Below, one piece after another: positions 9,430 to 19,277 of a DNA stretch of 64,000 bases; position 1 is the first letter of the stretch; each line of letters starts with the position of its first letter. The position numbers were made by a program, and so were the translations under genes. This stretch comes from an alpha proteobacterium MED-G09. Its GTDB lineage: Bacteria > Pseudomonadota > Alphaproteobacteria > MED-G09. The stretch is from NCBI GenBank assembly GCA_905182015.1, contig CAJIZT010000009.1, forward strand, positions 6,469 to 70,468. Reading direction: 5' to 3'. The notes beneath the pieces are model-generated. The model had not been told where the DNA came from. It saw only the letters and a program-made list of their open reading frames with translations, and searched no databases.

Positions 9430-9957
9430 ATGACAAAAGATAAAATAATAGAATTTAAAAAGCTTAATATTTGTATTTTAACTATTTCAAGCTCAAGAGA
9501 TCTTAGTAATGATAGGTCGGGGGATTTATTAGAGGAGAGGGTTCTTTCATTCGGCCATAAGTTATTTGCAAGAAAGGTGGTTAAAGACAATAAAATTTTA
9601 ATTCAAGAAACTGTAACTGATTGGTCTAAGAATAAAGGGGTAGATGTAATAATAACATCCGGAGGAACAGGATTAACTGAAACAGATGTAACCCCAGAAT
9701 CACTGGAAGAAATTTTTGAAAAAACTATTTCTGGATTCTCAATAATCTTTCACAAAGTCTCATATGATAAAATCAAAACATCCACTATTCAATCAAGGGC
9801 TACAGCCGGAATATTGCTGCAAACCTTTATATTTGCACTACCTGGATCGCCTAATGCTGTAAGGGATGGATGGGACGAAATTCTTATACATCAATTGGAT
9901 AGTCGGCACAAACCTTGTAATTTTGTTGATATACTTCCCCGACTTAAGGAAGTGTAG
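9430..9957 (+). CDS. moaB: molybdenum cofactor biosynthesis protein B (MoaB/MogA family)
   Basis: Motifs TSGGTGLTETDVTPE and ALPGSP. The start codon directly follows the upstream stop. Confidence 0.88.
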   Translation: MTKDKIIEFKKLNICILTISSSRDLSNDRSGDLLEERVLSFGHKLFARKVVKDNKILIQETVTDWSKNKGVDVIITSGGTGLTETDVTPESLEEIFEKTISGFSIIFHKVSYDKIKTSTIQSRATAGILLQTFIFALPGSPNAVRDGWDEILIHQLDSRHKPCNFVDILPRLKEV

Positions 9958-9963
9958 CTATAT

Positions 9964-10443
9964 TCAAAGTTTGCTTTTTAATTCCTCAATACTTTTATCT
10001 ATAATATCAGATGATATTTGATCGTCAATATTTTCTCGGAGGTACTCTTTGGCTATTAAAACAGATATGTCGGTTGCTTTAGACCTAACCTCTCTAATGG
10101 CCTCATCGCGTGCTTGGATAATTTTCAAATCAGCTTGCTTTTGTTTTCTAATCACTTCTTCTTCTAAAAGTTTTTTTGAATTTTCAGATAGCAATAACGC
10201 TTGCTCCGAGGCTCTTTTTAAAATCTCTTGAACCTCTGTGTCACATTTTTCAAGCTTTCTTTTCTCTTTAGCTAGCAAAGACTGAGCTTCTTCATGAAGC
10301 TTTCTAGCCTCGTCCAATTCCTTTTTAATTTGCAGAGATCTCTCATCTAGTGAATTTAATATAGATCTTGGTAGCCCAATCCAGATAACAAATCCCACAA
10401 AGAGAAAAAAAGAAACCGCTACAAAAAAAGTCGCATCAAACAT
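9964..10443 (-). CDS. atpF: F0F1 ATP synthase subunit b
   Basis: Single N-terminal TM helix followed by a long charged helix. It is the last gene of the atpI-a-c-b'-b operon. Confidence 0.88.
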   Translation of the reverse strand: MFDATFFVAVSFFLFVGFVIWIGLPRSILNSLDERSLQIKKELDEARKLHEEAQSLLAKEKRKLEKCDTEVQEILKRASEQALLLSENSKKLLEEEVIRKQKQADLKIIQARDEAIREVRSKATDISVLIAKEYLRENIDDQISSDIIDKSIEELKSKL

Positions 10444-10454
10444 TGAGTTTATCC

Positions 10455-10934
10455 TTAGATAATATCTTTAGAGAATTTACTTAAATCTTTCTTTTCAACT
10501 TTTCTTACAAAAAGATTGTTTAATAATTCTTCTGCAATATCCTCTGCAACTAGAGAGATATCTTTTAGCGCCAGAGCCTTGCTATCATTTATTTTATTTT
10601 CAGAGTTTAATATTTCTTTAGAAACCTTTCCTTCAAATTCTTTTCTTTTTAAAGTAATAAGTTCTAAATTTTTCTTACGCTCACTCATTATATTTTTTTG
10701 AGATTGCAATTTTGCAGCCTCTAGCTTTACCCTTAGATCATCAACAACTTTTTCAGCTTCGAGAGAAAGAGATTTAGCTTCGTCCAAATCGTCTGCAATA
10801 GTGTCATTTCTTTCTTCAATCACATCAGATATCCTAGGTAAAGCCACCTTAGATAAAACCAAATAAAGAAAAGATAAACTAGCAAACAACCAAAAAAGTT
10901 GTGGAATAAATGTTGTAAAATCTAGTTGAGGCAT
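10455..10934 (-). CDS. atpF2: F0F1 ATP synthase subunit b' (second b-type subunit, alphaproteobacterial arrangement)
   Basis: MPQLD..F..Q.FWL N-terminus, one TM helix and a charged helix. It lies between subunits c and b. Confidence 0.88.
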   Translation of the reverse strand: MPQLDFTTFIPQLFWLFASLSFLYLVLSKVALPRISDVIEERNDTIADDLDEAKSLSLEAEKVVDDLRVKLEAAKLQSQKNIMSERKKNLELITLKRKEFEGKVSKEILNSENKINDSKALALKDISLVAEDIAEELLNNLFVRKVEKKDLSKFSKDII

Positions 10935-10949
10935 TAACTCTACTTAACC

Positions 10950-11177
10950 CTAAACAACAAATAAAAGAATTAAGGCGACTAGTAGCCCAAAAAGTCCAGT
11001 AGCCTCTGCTAAAGCAAATCCAAGAAGTAAATTAGGAAACTGTGCTTGTGCAGCACTTGGATTTCTTAACGCTCCCTGAAGGTAACTACTAAAAATTAGA
11101 CCAATACCAATACCGGCACCAGCTAAGGCCAAACACGCTATTCCGGCACCTATATATTTTGCTGCTTCTGCTTCCAT
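10950..11177 (-). CDS. atpE: F0F1 ATP synthase subunit c
   Basis: A 75-aa hairpin proteolipid with GAGIGIG and the LAEATGLFGLLVALILLF carboxylate helix. Confidence 0.95.
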   Translation of the reverse strand: MEAEAAKYIGAGIACLALAGAGIGIGLIFSSYLQGALRNPSAAQAQFPNLLLGFALAEATGLFGLLVALILLFVV

Positions 11178-11223
11178 TTTACTCTCCTCAATTAAATTAG
11201 TTAGTTAGTGTTTATAATAAAAC

Positions 11224-11997
11224 CTAATGCATATGCAATGAATCATTTAAATAAATACATGTTAAAATTGTAAAAACATAGGCCTGTAAAAAAGCAATTA
11301 ATATCTCGAGACCAGTAAATGCAACCATTACACCCAGTGGTAGCCAGCCACCAATGAGACCCATTGAGATTACAAATCCAGAAAAAACTTTTAGCATAGT
11401 ATGACCAGCCATCATATTGGCAAATAGCCTAACTGAAAGGCTTATTGGCCTAGTAAAGTATGAGATAACCTCAATTACGACTAAAAGAGGCAGCATAAAT
11501 ACTGGAACCCCTTTGGGTGCAAAATAACCAAAAAAACCTATACCATGCTTTACGAAACCAACAATAGTTACTAACAAAAATATTAAAAAGGCTAATGCAA
11601 ATGTTACCGCTATATGACTTGTTACAGTAAAGCTATATGGCATCATGCCAAGCATATTCAAGAAAAGAACAAACATAAATATAGTAAAAATAAATGGAAA
11701 ATATTTTTTCCCCTCTTCGCCTACATTTTGACGAACCATATTTGAGACAAACTCATAGGAAAGCTCAACAAGTGATTGCATTCTTGATGGAACCATTGCC
11801 TGCTTTCTAACAAAAAAAATAGAGAAGAAACTAACCAAAGCAACGGCAATTACCATGAACAAAGATGCGTTGGTAAATGATATATCGAAGCCAGCTACAT
11901 TAATATCAATATACCTAACAATTTCAAATTGATGCATGGGGTCTGCTGGAAAAGAACCGGCGCTGTGATGACCATCTAAGTTTTCAGTTGAAGCCAT
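11224..11997 (-). CDS. atpB: F0F1 ATP synthase subunit a
   Basis: Polytopic membrane protein with the conserved SLSVRLFANMMAGH motif containing the essential Arg. Confidence 0.95.
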   Translation of the reverse strand: MASTENLDGHHSAGSFPADPMHQFEIVRYIDINVAGFDISFTNASLFMVIAVALVSFFSIFFVRKQAMVPSRMQSLVELSYEFVSNMVRQNVGEEGKKYFPFIFTIFMFVLFLNMLGMMPYSFTVTSHIAVTFALAFLIFLLVTIVGFVKHGIGFFGYFAPKGVPVFMLPLLVVIEVISYFTRPISLSVRLFANMMAGHTMLKVFSGFVISMGLIGGWLPLGVMVAFTGLEILIAFLQAYVFTILTCIYLNDSLHMH

Positions 11998-12013
11998 TTA
12001 TAAACCCTTGTGA

Positions 12014-12355
12014 TTAAGACTCGATATTCATATTCTTAGCAGTGTTAATAACATTAATAATCCCTGCTGCAATACCTAAAATAAAAAAAATCATAAGAAA
12101 CCACGGGTCGGTTCCCAACCATTTATCTAAAGACCAACCCATAATACCGCCAACCACAATACCTGATACAAGTTCTGTACTTAATCTAAGTGCCAAACCT
12201 AATGATTTTCCTCGTTTTTCAATATTTTCAGAGGTCCTGATTAGACTTTCTTTTGATTTTATTTCATCAACTCGATCAATCACATCAGAAGAGCTTCTTT
12301 GTAATTTATTCTTTTTACTTTCTGATTCTATCTTTTTGGAACTCAAAATAATCAC
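12014..12355 (-). CDS. atpI: ATP synthase protein I (AtpI/AtpZ family small membrane protein)
   Basis: 113 aa with two C-terminal TM helices. It sits immediately upstream of atpB in the same orientation. Confidence 0.7.
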   Translation of the reverse strand: MIILSSKKIESESKKNKLQRSSSDVIDRVDEIKSKESLIRTSENIEKRGKSLGLALRLSTELVSGIVVGGIMGWSLDKWLGTDPWFLMIFFILGIAAGIINVINTAKNMNIES

Positions 12356-12381
12356 CTACAATAATTAACATTTTGCATATT

Positions 12382-15300
12382 TTACGCTAACTTACGAAAT
12401 TTTTCAGCAGTATTTAAATCAACCGAAACAATTTGACTGACACCTTTTTCCTGCATAGTTATTCCAAATAACCTGTCCATTCTTGACATTGTTAAAGCGT
12501 GATGAGTTATAATTAAGAATTTAGTATTAACGTTCTCTGACATCTCATCGATTAAATCGCAGAATCTTTCAACATTTGCATCATCCAAGGGCGCATCTAC
12601 CTCATCAAGAACACAAATTGGTGATGGATTTGTCAAAAATACAGCAAATATTAATGCTGTGGCAGTAAGGGCTTTTTCTCCACCGGAGAGGGAGTCCATT
12701 GATTTTAATTTTTTACCTGGAGGTTGAGCTAGCATTTCTAAACCGGCTTCAAGAGGATCATCGGAATCAACAAAAATTAACTCAGCTTCACCTCCTCCAA
12801 AAAGCTTCTTGAAAACCTCTTGAAACTTTAAATTTACCTGATCAAAAGCAAGCTTCATGCGCGCTCTACTTTCTTGATTGAGACCATTAATACCTTTTTT
12901 AAGTTCTGTAATTGCTTTATCTAAATCCTCTCTTTCAGATTTTGCTTCATCAAACCGTGTTTGGGTATCCTCCATCTCGTCTTCTGCCCTTAAATTAACG
13001 CTTCCTAATAATTCTCGCTCACCTTTAAAGCGTTCATAAATCTCCTCAGCAGCGCTTTCACTTGGGCGCGGATTATCTTCAGAAAAATCAACAAGCTTAA
13101 TTAGCTCTTCTTGCTTAAGACTAAGATCTTTAGAGATACGACCTTCAATCTCATTCTTTTTATCATCATTGTTTTGAGTTAGAATCTCCAACCTCCCCTC
13201 TAACTCCCTTGACTGAGCTTCTTTTTCTGATGCATTTCTTTCCTTACCTCTAATATTTTTTAATTTCACTTCCAACCTAACCAATTCATCATCGGAATTA
13301 AATTTCAAAACCCTCGATTCCTCAATTAATGTTTGAAGTGAGTTTCTTTTCTCTTCTATTTCAGCAGGAAGGTTTGAGTTTTTTGATCTTTCCTCACTTA
13401 AATTAACCAAGCGCTCGTTAAGCTCTAATATTTGCTTTTCAGTTTGTGGAATTTTTTTATCAAGATCTTCTTTTTTATTAATTTCCGTATTAACCCTATC
13501 AAGATTAATTTTAAGTTTTGTAATTTTATCTTGAATCTCATCACTCTCATTCCTAACTTCATTGATGGTATTAAATTTTTTTTCAAATATACCAATTGAC
13601 TCATCAATGCCTTCGAGTTGTTTTAAATTTTCCAAGCTACTTTTATTAAAATTTGATAACTTTGAATTAAGATTAGATAATTCTTGCTTTGATGATAAGA
13701 TCTTTTTATCTAAATCATCGCGCTTGCTAACGTCAGTTTGAATTCTATCAAGCTCGATTTTATAATTTGTAATTTCATTTTGAAATTCTATACTCTTTTC
13801 TTTAATTTTATCAACACTCTCAAAATCTTCCTCGAATTTCTCAATCGAAACAATGAGCTCCTCAAGTTTATTTTTTTGTTGAAGTCGCTCGGATGCTGAT
13901 TTAGATGATGTAGACGCAACAACTAATCCATCCCACCTCCATAGATCACCCTCCTTTGATACAAGTCGTTGGCCCCGCCTTAGTTTTAAGATTAACCTTG
14001 GACCGTCTTCTTGGCTTATAACGCCAGTTTGTTCTATCCGTCTGTTGATGGCACTTGGACCACTGACATATTTTGATAATGCCTCGGATTCGTACGGAAG
14101 AGCTGATTCACCAACAAGACTATCTAATGATTTCCAGTGAATGGGCTTCGTTTCATCTGTGGAATAATAAAGCTCATCACCCAGAAGGGCATCTAAAGCA
14201 TTCTCATAACCTGACACAACATTTAGATTGTCGATCAATGCATTTTCTACCCTCAGACTCGAGCCTATAATTTTACTTAAGGTATCCTTTTGAGAATAAA
14301 TACCGACCATTTTATCAATAAAGTTATTGCTATCTTGCAAGTCAATTGACTTTAAGGACATCGCCTTATTTATCGATCCTTGCCTATTGTTGATAGAGTC
14401 CTTTTCATCACTAACATTAAAGGATCTAGTTAATTCACCAAAAAGGACGGTCTCTCTTTTAATTTGAGATAGGATTGATTCCCTTAAATCATTATCCGAA
14501 TTTATAATTTTCTTAATATTATCTCTTTTAGAGTAAATATTAATAAATTCATTTACCAAGGCATTATTCTTAACTAAATTTTCTGTATTCCTATCTATTT
14601 CTTTTTCTACATCTTGTTTTTTCTTAAAGCTAGCATCATTATCACCCTGATTAATAAGTAAATCTTTCAAGTCTTTTAAAATTTCACCCTCTCTTGCTAA
14701 CTGAGAGGATGTAGAATTAATAAACTCATCTAATTCAACAGTTCTATTCTTTTGCCTAAGGAATTCTTTATCCAAACCTTCCATTTCTATTACAAGACGC
14801 TGTAGCTTCGCAGAATTTGCAACTGCCTTTTCCTGCAATGGTTTTAAGCCAGCCTGTGATGCAATTTCTTCAGAACTAATAGATGATAAATCCCTTACAG
14901 CTTTCTGGTGATTAATGACCGCTTCACTATATGCCTTCTTTGAATCCTCTAATTCCTTATCGATTATTTGATATTTTACAGCAAAAACTATGGCTTGGGA
15001 CTTTCTAATATCTTCAGAAAGAGCTTTATATCTACTTGCCTCTCTTGCTTGCTTTTTAAGTGACCGTACCTGGGAAGACATCTCTTTTAAAATATCGTCA
15101 AGACGATCAAGATTAGCTTGCGCCGCCTTTAATCTTAATTCAGCCTCATGGCGCCTAACGTGGAAACCTGAAATACCAGCCGCTTCTTCTAAAATTCTTC
15201 TTCTTTGCTCGGGTTTCTGACTAATTAATTCGTCAATTTGTCCTTGTCTAACCAAGGAAGGTGATCGAGCCCCCGTAGACACATCAGCGAAAAGCATCTG

Positions 15301-15681
15301 AACATCCCGTGCTCTTATATCCTTTCCATTAATTCTATATGCGGAACCTGACTCTCTTTCCACCCTTCTTGTTACCTCTATGGTTTCTTCATTGTTATAT
15401 TCTTTTGGGGCATTTCTTTCTCTATTATCGAGAACCAAAGAAACTTCTGCAAAATTTCTTTCAGGCCTATTTTCTGTTCCAGCAAAGATAACGTCATCCA
15501 TGCTATTTGTTCGCATTGATTTATAGGATGTTTCTCCCATAGCCCATCTAAGGGCTTCTACAAGATTAGATTTACCACACCCGTTTGGTCCAACGACTCC
15601 TGTTAATCCTTCACCAATACTGATCTCGACAGGGTCAACAAATGATTTAAAATTTGAGATACGTAATTTTTTAAAATCCAC
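12382..15681 (-). CDS. smc: chromosome segregation protein SMC
   Basis: Walker A GPNGCGKSN, the hinge segment VSKEGDLWRWDG, signature LSGGEKALTA, Walker B VLDEVDAPLD, and long coiled-coil arms. Confidence 0.95.
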   Translation of the reverse strand: MDFKKLRISNFKSFVDPVEISIGEGLTGVVGPNGCGKSNLVEALRWAMGETSYKSMRTNSMDDVIFAGTENRPERNFAEVSLVLDNRERNAPKEYNNEETIEVTRRVERESGSAYRINGKDIRARDVQMLFADVSTGARSPSLVRQGQIDELISQKPEQRRRILEEAAGISGFHVRRHEAELRLKAAQANLDRLDDILKEMSSQVRSLKKQAREASRYKALSEDIRKSQAIVFAVKYQIIDKELEDSKKAYSEAVINHQKAVRDLSSISSEEIASQAGLKPLQEKAVANSAKLQRLVIEMEGLDKEFLRQKNRTVELDEFINSTSSQLAREGEILKDLKDLLINQGDNDASFKKKQDVEKEIDRNTENLVKNNALVNEFINIYSKRDNIKKIINSDNDLRESILSQIKRETVLFGELTRSFNVSDEKDSINNRQGSINKAMSLKSIDLQDSNNFIDKMVGIYSQKDTLSKIIGSSLRVENALIDNLNVVSGYENALDALLGDELYYSTDETKPIHWKSLDSLVGESALPYESEALSKYVSGPSAINRRIEQTGVISQEDGPRLILKLRRGQRLVSKEGDLWRWDGLVVASTSSKSASERLQQKNKLEELIVSIEKFEEDFESVDKIKEKSIEFQNEITNYKIELDRIQTDVSKRDDLDKKILSSKQELSNLNSKLSNFNKSSLENLKQLEGIDESIGIFEKKFNTINEVRNESDEIQDKITKLKINLDRVNTEINKKEDLDKKIPQTEKQILELNERLVNLSEERSKNSNLPAEIEEKRNSLQTLIEESRVLKFNSDDELVRLEVKLKNIRGKERNASEKEAQSRELEGRLEILTQNNDDKKNEIEGRISKDLSLKQEELIKLVDFSEDNPRPSESAAEEIYERFKGERELLGSVNLRAEDEMEDTQTRFDEAKSEREDLDKAITELKKGINGLNQESRARMKLAFDQVNLKFQEVFKKLFGGGEAELIFVDSDDPLEAGLEMLAQPPGKKLKSMDSLSGGEKALTATALIFAVFLTNPSPICVLDEVDAPLDDANVERFCDLIDEMSENVNTKFLIITHHALTMSRMDRLFGITMQEKGVSQIVSVDLNTAEKFRKLA
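13350..13850 (-). repeat. tandem in-frame duplication of about 83 codons inside the C-terminal coiled-coil arm of smc
   Basis: EFQNEITNYKIELDRIQTDVSKRDDLDKKILSSKQELSNLNSKL aligns with EIQDKITKLKINLDRVNTEINKKEDLDKKIPQTEKQILELNERL. The DLDKKI codons sit at 13699-13716 and 13450-13467, an offset of 249 nt. Confidence 0.75.
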
Positions 15682-15691
15682 TTTTTCCTCT

Positions 15692-16336
15692 TTATTTTAT
15701 CTCAGCTAATATTTCCTCATACTTTAGAGAAGAAATTTTCTTTCCGTTAACAAAAACAGAGGGTGTTCCTAGAATTCCGAAGTTATTGGTTGCTAAACTC
15801 ATATTTTTTTCTATTAATTTAATTAATTCTTGATTACCTAAACACTCCTCAACTTCAGGAGCTGATAATCCAAAATTCTTAGCTATAGACAGTAATCCTT
15901 GATAGCCATTTGCCATCCATCGAACCTGCGTCTTGAGCAACACATCGATAACATCAAAATACCTATCTTCGTTTACACAATTTGCTATTAACGTACCGGC
16001 CATTGCAAATTGATCTAGGGGGAAATCTCTAAATATATATTTTACTTTTCCTGTGCTGACTAAATCAGACTTTATATATGGAAATACCTCGTTATGAAAA
16101 TCTGCACAATGCGGACAGGTCATAGATGCATACTCAACAATCGTATTGCTTGGACTTCCATTGCTTAACACATGGTCTCCATCTAAATTCCTTGAAACAC
16201 CATAAGATGAAACCAAGTCCAATGAACCGTCTAAATTATTTGAAGATACATTGTTGTTTGTACTGGAAATAAACATCACTACAATTATTAAAATTGCCGC
16301 AATAAATGCTAATAAAAAAATATTTTTTCTTTTCAT
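15692..16336 (-). CDS. DsbA-family periplasmic thiol:disulfide oxidoreductase
   Basis: N-terminal signal/anchor helix and a CPHC active site in a thioredoxin fold. Confidence 0.85.
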   Translation of the reverse strand: MKRKNIFLLAFIAAILIIVVMFISSTNNNVSSNNLDGSLDLVSSYGVSRNLDGDHVLSNGSPSNTIVEYASMTCPHCADFHNEVFPYIKSDLVSTGKVKYIFRDFPLDQFAMAGTLIANCVNEDRYFDVIDVLLKTQVRWMANGYQGLLSIAKNFGLSAPEVEECLGNQELIKLIEKNMSLATNNFGILGTPSVFVNGKKISSLKYEEILAEIK

Positions 16337-16367
16337 ATTAAAAATTCCTAACTGAGTCGTTTATTTA

Positions 16368-16859
16368 TTATAGTTCATTTTTCTTTTTAAGAACTGAATT
16401 TTCTAATTTAAAAAGAGCCTTCTCAAGGGGAGTTTTATTTTCCAAGTTATCAAAGAAAAAAGTTTCTTTTAAAGAAGAATTTTTATCATTAGTATTTAGG
16501 GTCGATTCTTTTTTTATATTATTATCTTTTATTTCAATGGGAAGATTCTGAAATTTAATTCTATTTATGGCAATAAAGCCATAATAAGAATTTACTTTCT
16601 CTATTATTTCTGACTTTGAATACTCCAATTCTAACGCAACACCTCCGTCACAAGCTACGGTTAGCACTCCTCCGGTTTTTTGAATACTTAATTTGATAGG
16701 TATTGAATTTTTTGAAAATCCACTACCTGCTATTGTTTCCCAGTTTTCTATTATATGATTTTGAGCAAACCCTTGTTTATTATAAAAAGGTTTTGTAATT
16801 TTAGAAACAAACCACCCAAGCTGGGTTGGGGTTTTTGGATGTATACTATTTTTTTTCAA
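16368..16859 (-). CDS. dciA: DUF721/DciA-family protein (candidate replicative-helicase loader)
   Basis: Carries the ..W..I.G......S.P..L......L.V......A.EL.....I...N...G...I..I.F pattern. It is divergent from mutY, the usual alphaproteobacterial position. Confidence 0.7.
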   Translation of the reverse strand: MKKNSIHPKTPTQLGWFVSKITKPFYNKQGFAQNHIIENWETIAGSGFSKNSIPIKLSIQKTGGVLTVACDGGVALELEYSKSEIIEKVNSYYGFIAINRIKFQNLPIEIKDNNIKKESTLNTNDKNSSLKETFFFDNLENKTPLEKALFKLENSVLKKKNEL

Positions 16860-16890
16860 TTTTATATTTATCTCATAAATAAGGATTCTA

Positions 16891-17928
16891 ATGAATTACA
16901 GTAATTTCTCAAAAAATGTACTTACTTGGTATAGCCTAAATAGACGAGATCTTCCATGGAGATATCAGGATAATTTAAAAAAGGATCCATATAAAACCTG
17001 GGTATCGGAGATTATGCTCCAGCAAACCACTGTAACTGCTGTTATTCCGTATTATAATAAGTTTTTAGTTAGATGGCCAAATGTAAAGAAACTATCAGAA
17101 TCCCCTTTAGAGGACATTTTAGATTTTTGGTCAGGCCTTGGTTATTACAATAGAGCAAAAAACCTTCACTTAAGCTCTAAGATTATAAATACTGAGTATA
17201 ATGGATTCTTTCCTGAGGGGGAAGAAGAAATTAGAAAACTACCGGGGGTTGGGGAGTATACATCTGCTGCTATCAGAGCAATAGCATTTGATAAAAATGA
17301 TACTGCAGTCGATAGTAATATAGAAAGAATTATAGCAAGAGTTTTTTGCTTAAAAGATCCTATTGTTAAAATAAAAAAAGATATCAAAAAGTATGCTAAA
17401 AAATTAACCCCTAAAAAAAATAATGGTGACTATATTCAAGCCTTGATGGATATAGGCTCATCAATTTGTTTACCAAAAAACCCTTTGTGTAACTCTTGCC
17501 CTGTAATAAAATTCTGTCAGGCAAAAAAGGATTCCTGTACGGAAACTATTCCACAGAAAATAAAGAAAAAAAATAAACCGATACGCAAGGGTTCAGTTTA
17601 CTGGATAGTGTCCTCTGATGAAAAAGTATTATTAAAAAGGCGTAAAAATAAAGGCCTGCTTCCTGGAATGCTAGAGTTTCCATCCTACGGGTGGTCAGAT
17701 TGTATCAATGAAGAGATTGATGAAAAAATACTTTCTATAAAAAATTTAAAAAAAAGGAAAGGAGTTGTTTCTCATCAATTCTCACATTTTAAATTATTAT
17801 TAACAGTATATGAAAAAAAAGAATTCAATATAAACGATATAAATGGTATTTGGATTGATAAAGAAGATTTAAATAATTTAGGCTTACCTACTTTAATGAA
17901 AAAAGTTTTTAATCTCGTTAATAATTAA
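16891..17928 (+). CDS. mutY: A/G-specific adenine DNA glycosylase
   Basis: WY..N.RDLPWR, the HhH-GPD motif LPGVGEYTSAAI, the Fe-S loop CLPKNPLCNSCPVIKFC, and a C-terminal NUDIX-like domain. Confidence 0.93.
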   Translation: MNYSNFSKNVLTWYSLNRRDLPWRYQDNLKKDPYKTWVSEIMLQQTTVTAVIPYYNKFLVRWPNVKKLSESPLEDILDFWSGLGYYNRAKNLHLSSKIINTEYNGFFPEGEEEIRKLPGVGEYTSAAIRAIAFDKNDTAVDSNIERIIARVFCLKDPIVKIKKDIKKYAKKLTPKKNNGDYIQALMDIGSSICLPKNPLCNSCPVIKFCQAKKDSCTETIPQKIKKKNKPIRKGSVYWIVSSDEKVLLKRRKNKGLLPGMLEFPSYGWSDCINEEIDEKILSIKNLKKRKGVVSHQFSHFKLLLTVYEKKEFNINDINGIWIDKEDLNNLGLPTLMKKVFNLVNN

Positions 17929-17933
17929 TACTA

Positions 17934-19277
17934 TTGGGCATATTGATGAAAGAAAATCAAAAATTACTAGCTGAAGAGGCCTTAGAAAAATCACTATCTA
18001 AAGGAGCTGATTCGGCAGATATAGTTATTGCTAGAAACTTTTCCAAAAATATTGGATGCAGACTCGGTAAATTAGAAGAGGTTGAGCAATCAGAAACCCA
18101 AATTCTAGGATTAAGAACATTTATTGGACATAGAAGTGCCATTATTTCAACCAGCAACCTCTCAAAGGAATCTGTAGACGAGTCAATTGAAAGAGTTATT
18201 GAAATGACAAAATTAGCACCCGAAGATTCCTTTGTATCGTTGGTTAAGAGTACAGCTGAGGATATTCAAGATCTTGATTTATACGATGATTATGATCTCA
18301 GCCCAAATCAATTAAAGGACTTGGCCCTTGAGGCTGAGAATGAGTCACTTAAATCAAAAAAAATAACAAACTCAAATGGAGCATCTTCATCTCAAAGTAA
18401 AACATCCATTTATTTAGCAACTACAAGTGGTTTTTCAAGTGGGTACAAGAAAAGTAATTTTTCTGTTTCTTGTTCAGTTATTGCTGGAAATACAAAAGAT
18501 ATGCAAACTGATTATGACTATGATTCTAAGATTCACTTTAAAGATCTTAAGGATAGCTCCGCCTTAGGTCAAAAAGCTGCAGAGAATGCAATCGCAAAAT
18601 GTAACCCAAGGAAGATTAAAACGTGTGTGTCCGATATTGTTTTTGACCCAAAAGTTTCTAGAACTATTCTTTCTCATTTTTCATCTCTCATTAACGGATC
18701 ATCAGTCGCTAGAGGCTCAAGTTTTTTGTGTGAAAGTATGAATAAAAATATCTTTAGCGAAGAAATTAATATTATTGATGATCCTAAGATACCAAGGGGT
18801 CTAGCATCTAGACCTTTTGATGATGAGGGCTGTGATATGGAAAAAATTAATATTATTAAAAATGGTATTCTGAAATCATGGATTCTTGATTCAACAACGG
18901 CAAAACAATTAAATCTTAAATCCAATTCAAGAGCATCTAGAGGAATGTCATCACCTCCCAGCCCAAGCTCTACTAACATGTTTATAGAAAATGGATCTAA
19001 GTCAGTAGCTGAGATAATAGGAAGTATTAGCGACGGATTCTATGTGACCGATCTTATTGGTCAAGGGGTTAACTTAATTACAGGGGATTATAGCAGAGGT
19101 GCCGCTGGCTTTAAAATTAAAGATGGTAAAATTTCTTTTCCAATTAACGAAGTCACAATTGCAGGTAATTTAAAAGATATGTTCAGCAGAATGCTACCTG
19201 CTAATGACTTAGAATTTAAATACTCAATAAACTCTCCAACAATATTTATCGAAGGTATGACAATTGCCGGAATTTAA
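17934..19277 (+). CDS. pmbA: PmbA/TldE metalloprotease family protein
   Basis: 447 aa in the PmbA_TldD family, with C-terminal GDYSRGAAGF.I..G. The track start is TTG; ATG at 17946 is an alternative. Confidence 0.88.
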   Translation: MGILMKENQKLLAEEALEKSLSKGADSADIVIARNFSKNIGCRLGKLEEVEQSETQILGLRTFIGHRSAIISTSNLSKESVDESIERVIEMTKLAPEDSFVSLVKSTAEDIQDLDLYDDYDLSPNQLKDLALEAENESLKSKKITNSNGASSSQSKTSIYLATTSGFSSGYKKSNFSVSCSVIAGNTKDMQTDYDYDSKIHFKDLKDSSALGQKAAENAIAKCNPRKIKTCVSDIVFDPKVSRTILSHFSSLINGSSVARGSSFLCESMNKNIFSEEINIIDDPKIPRGLASRPFDDEGCDMEKINIIKNGILKSWILDSTTAKQLNLKSNSRASRGMSSPPSPSSTNMFIENGSKSVAEIIGSISDGFYVTDLIGQGVNLITGDYSRGAAGFKIKDGKISFPINEVTIAGNLKDMFSRMLPANDLEFKYSINSPTIFIEGMTIAGI

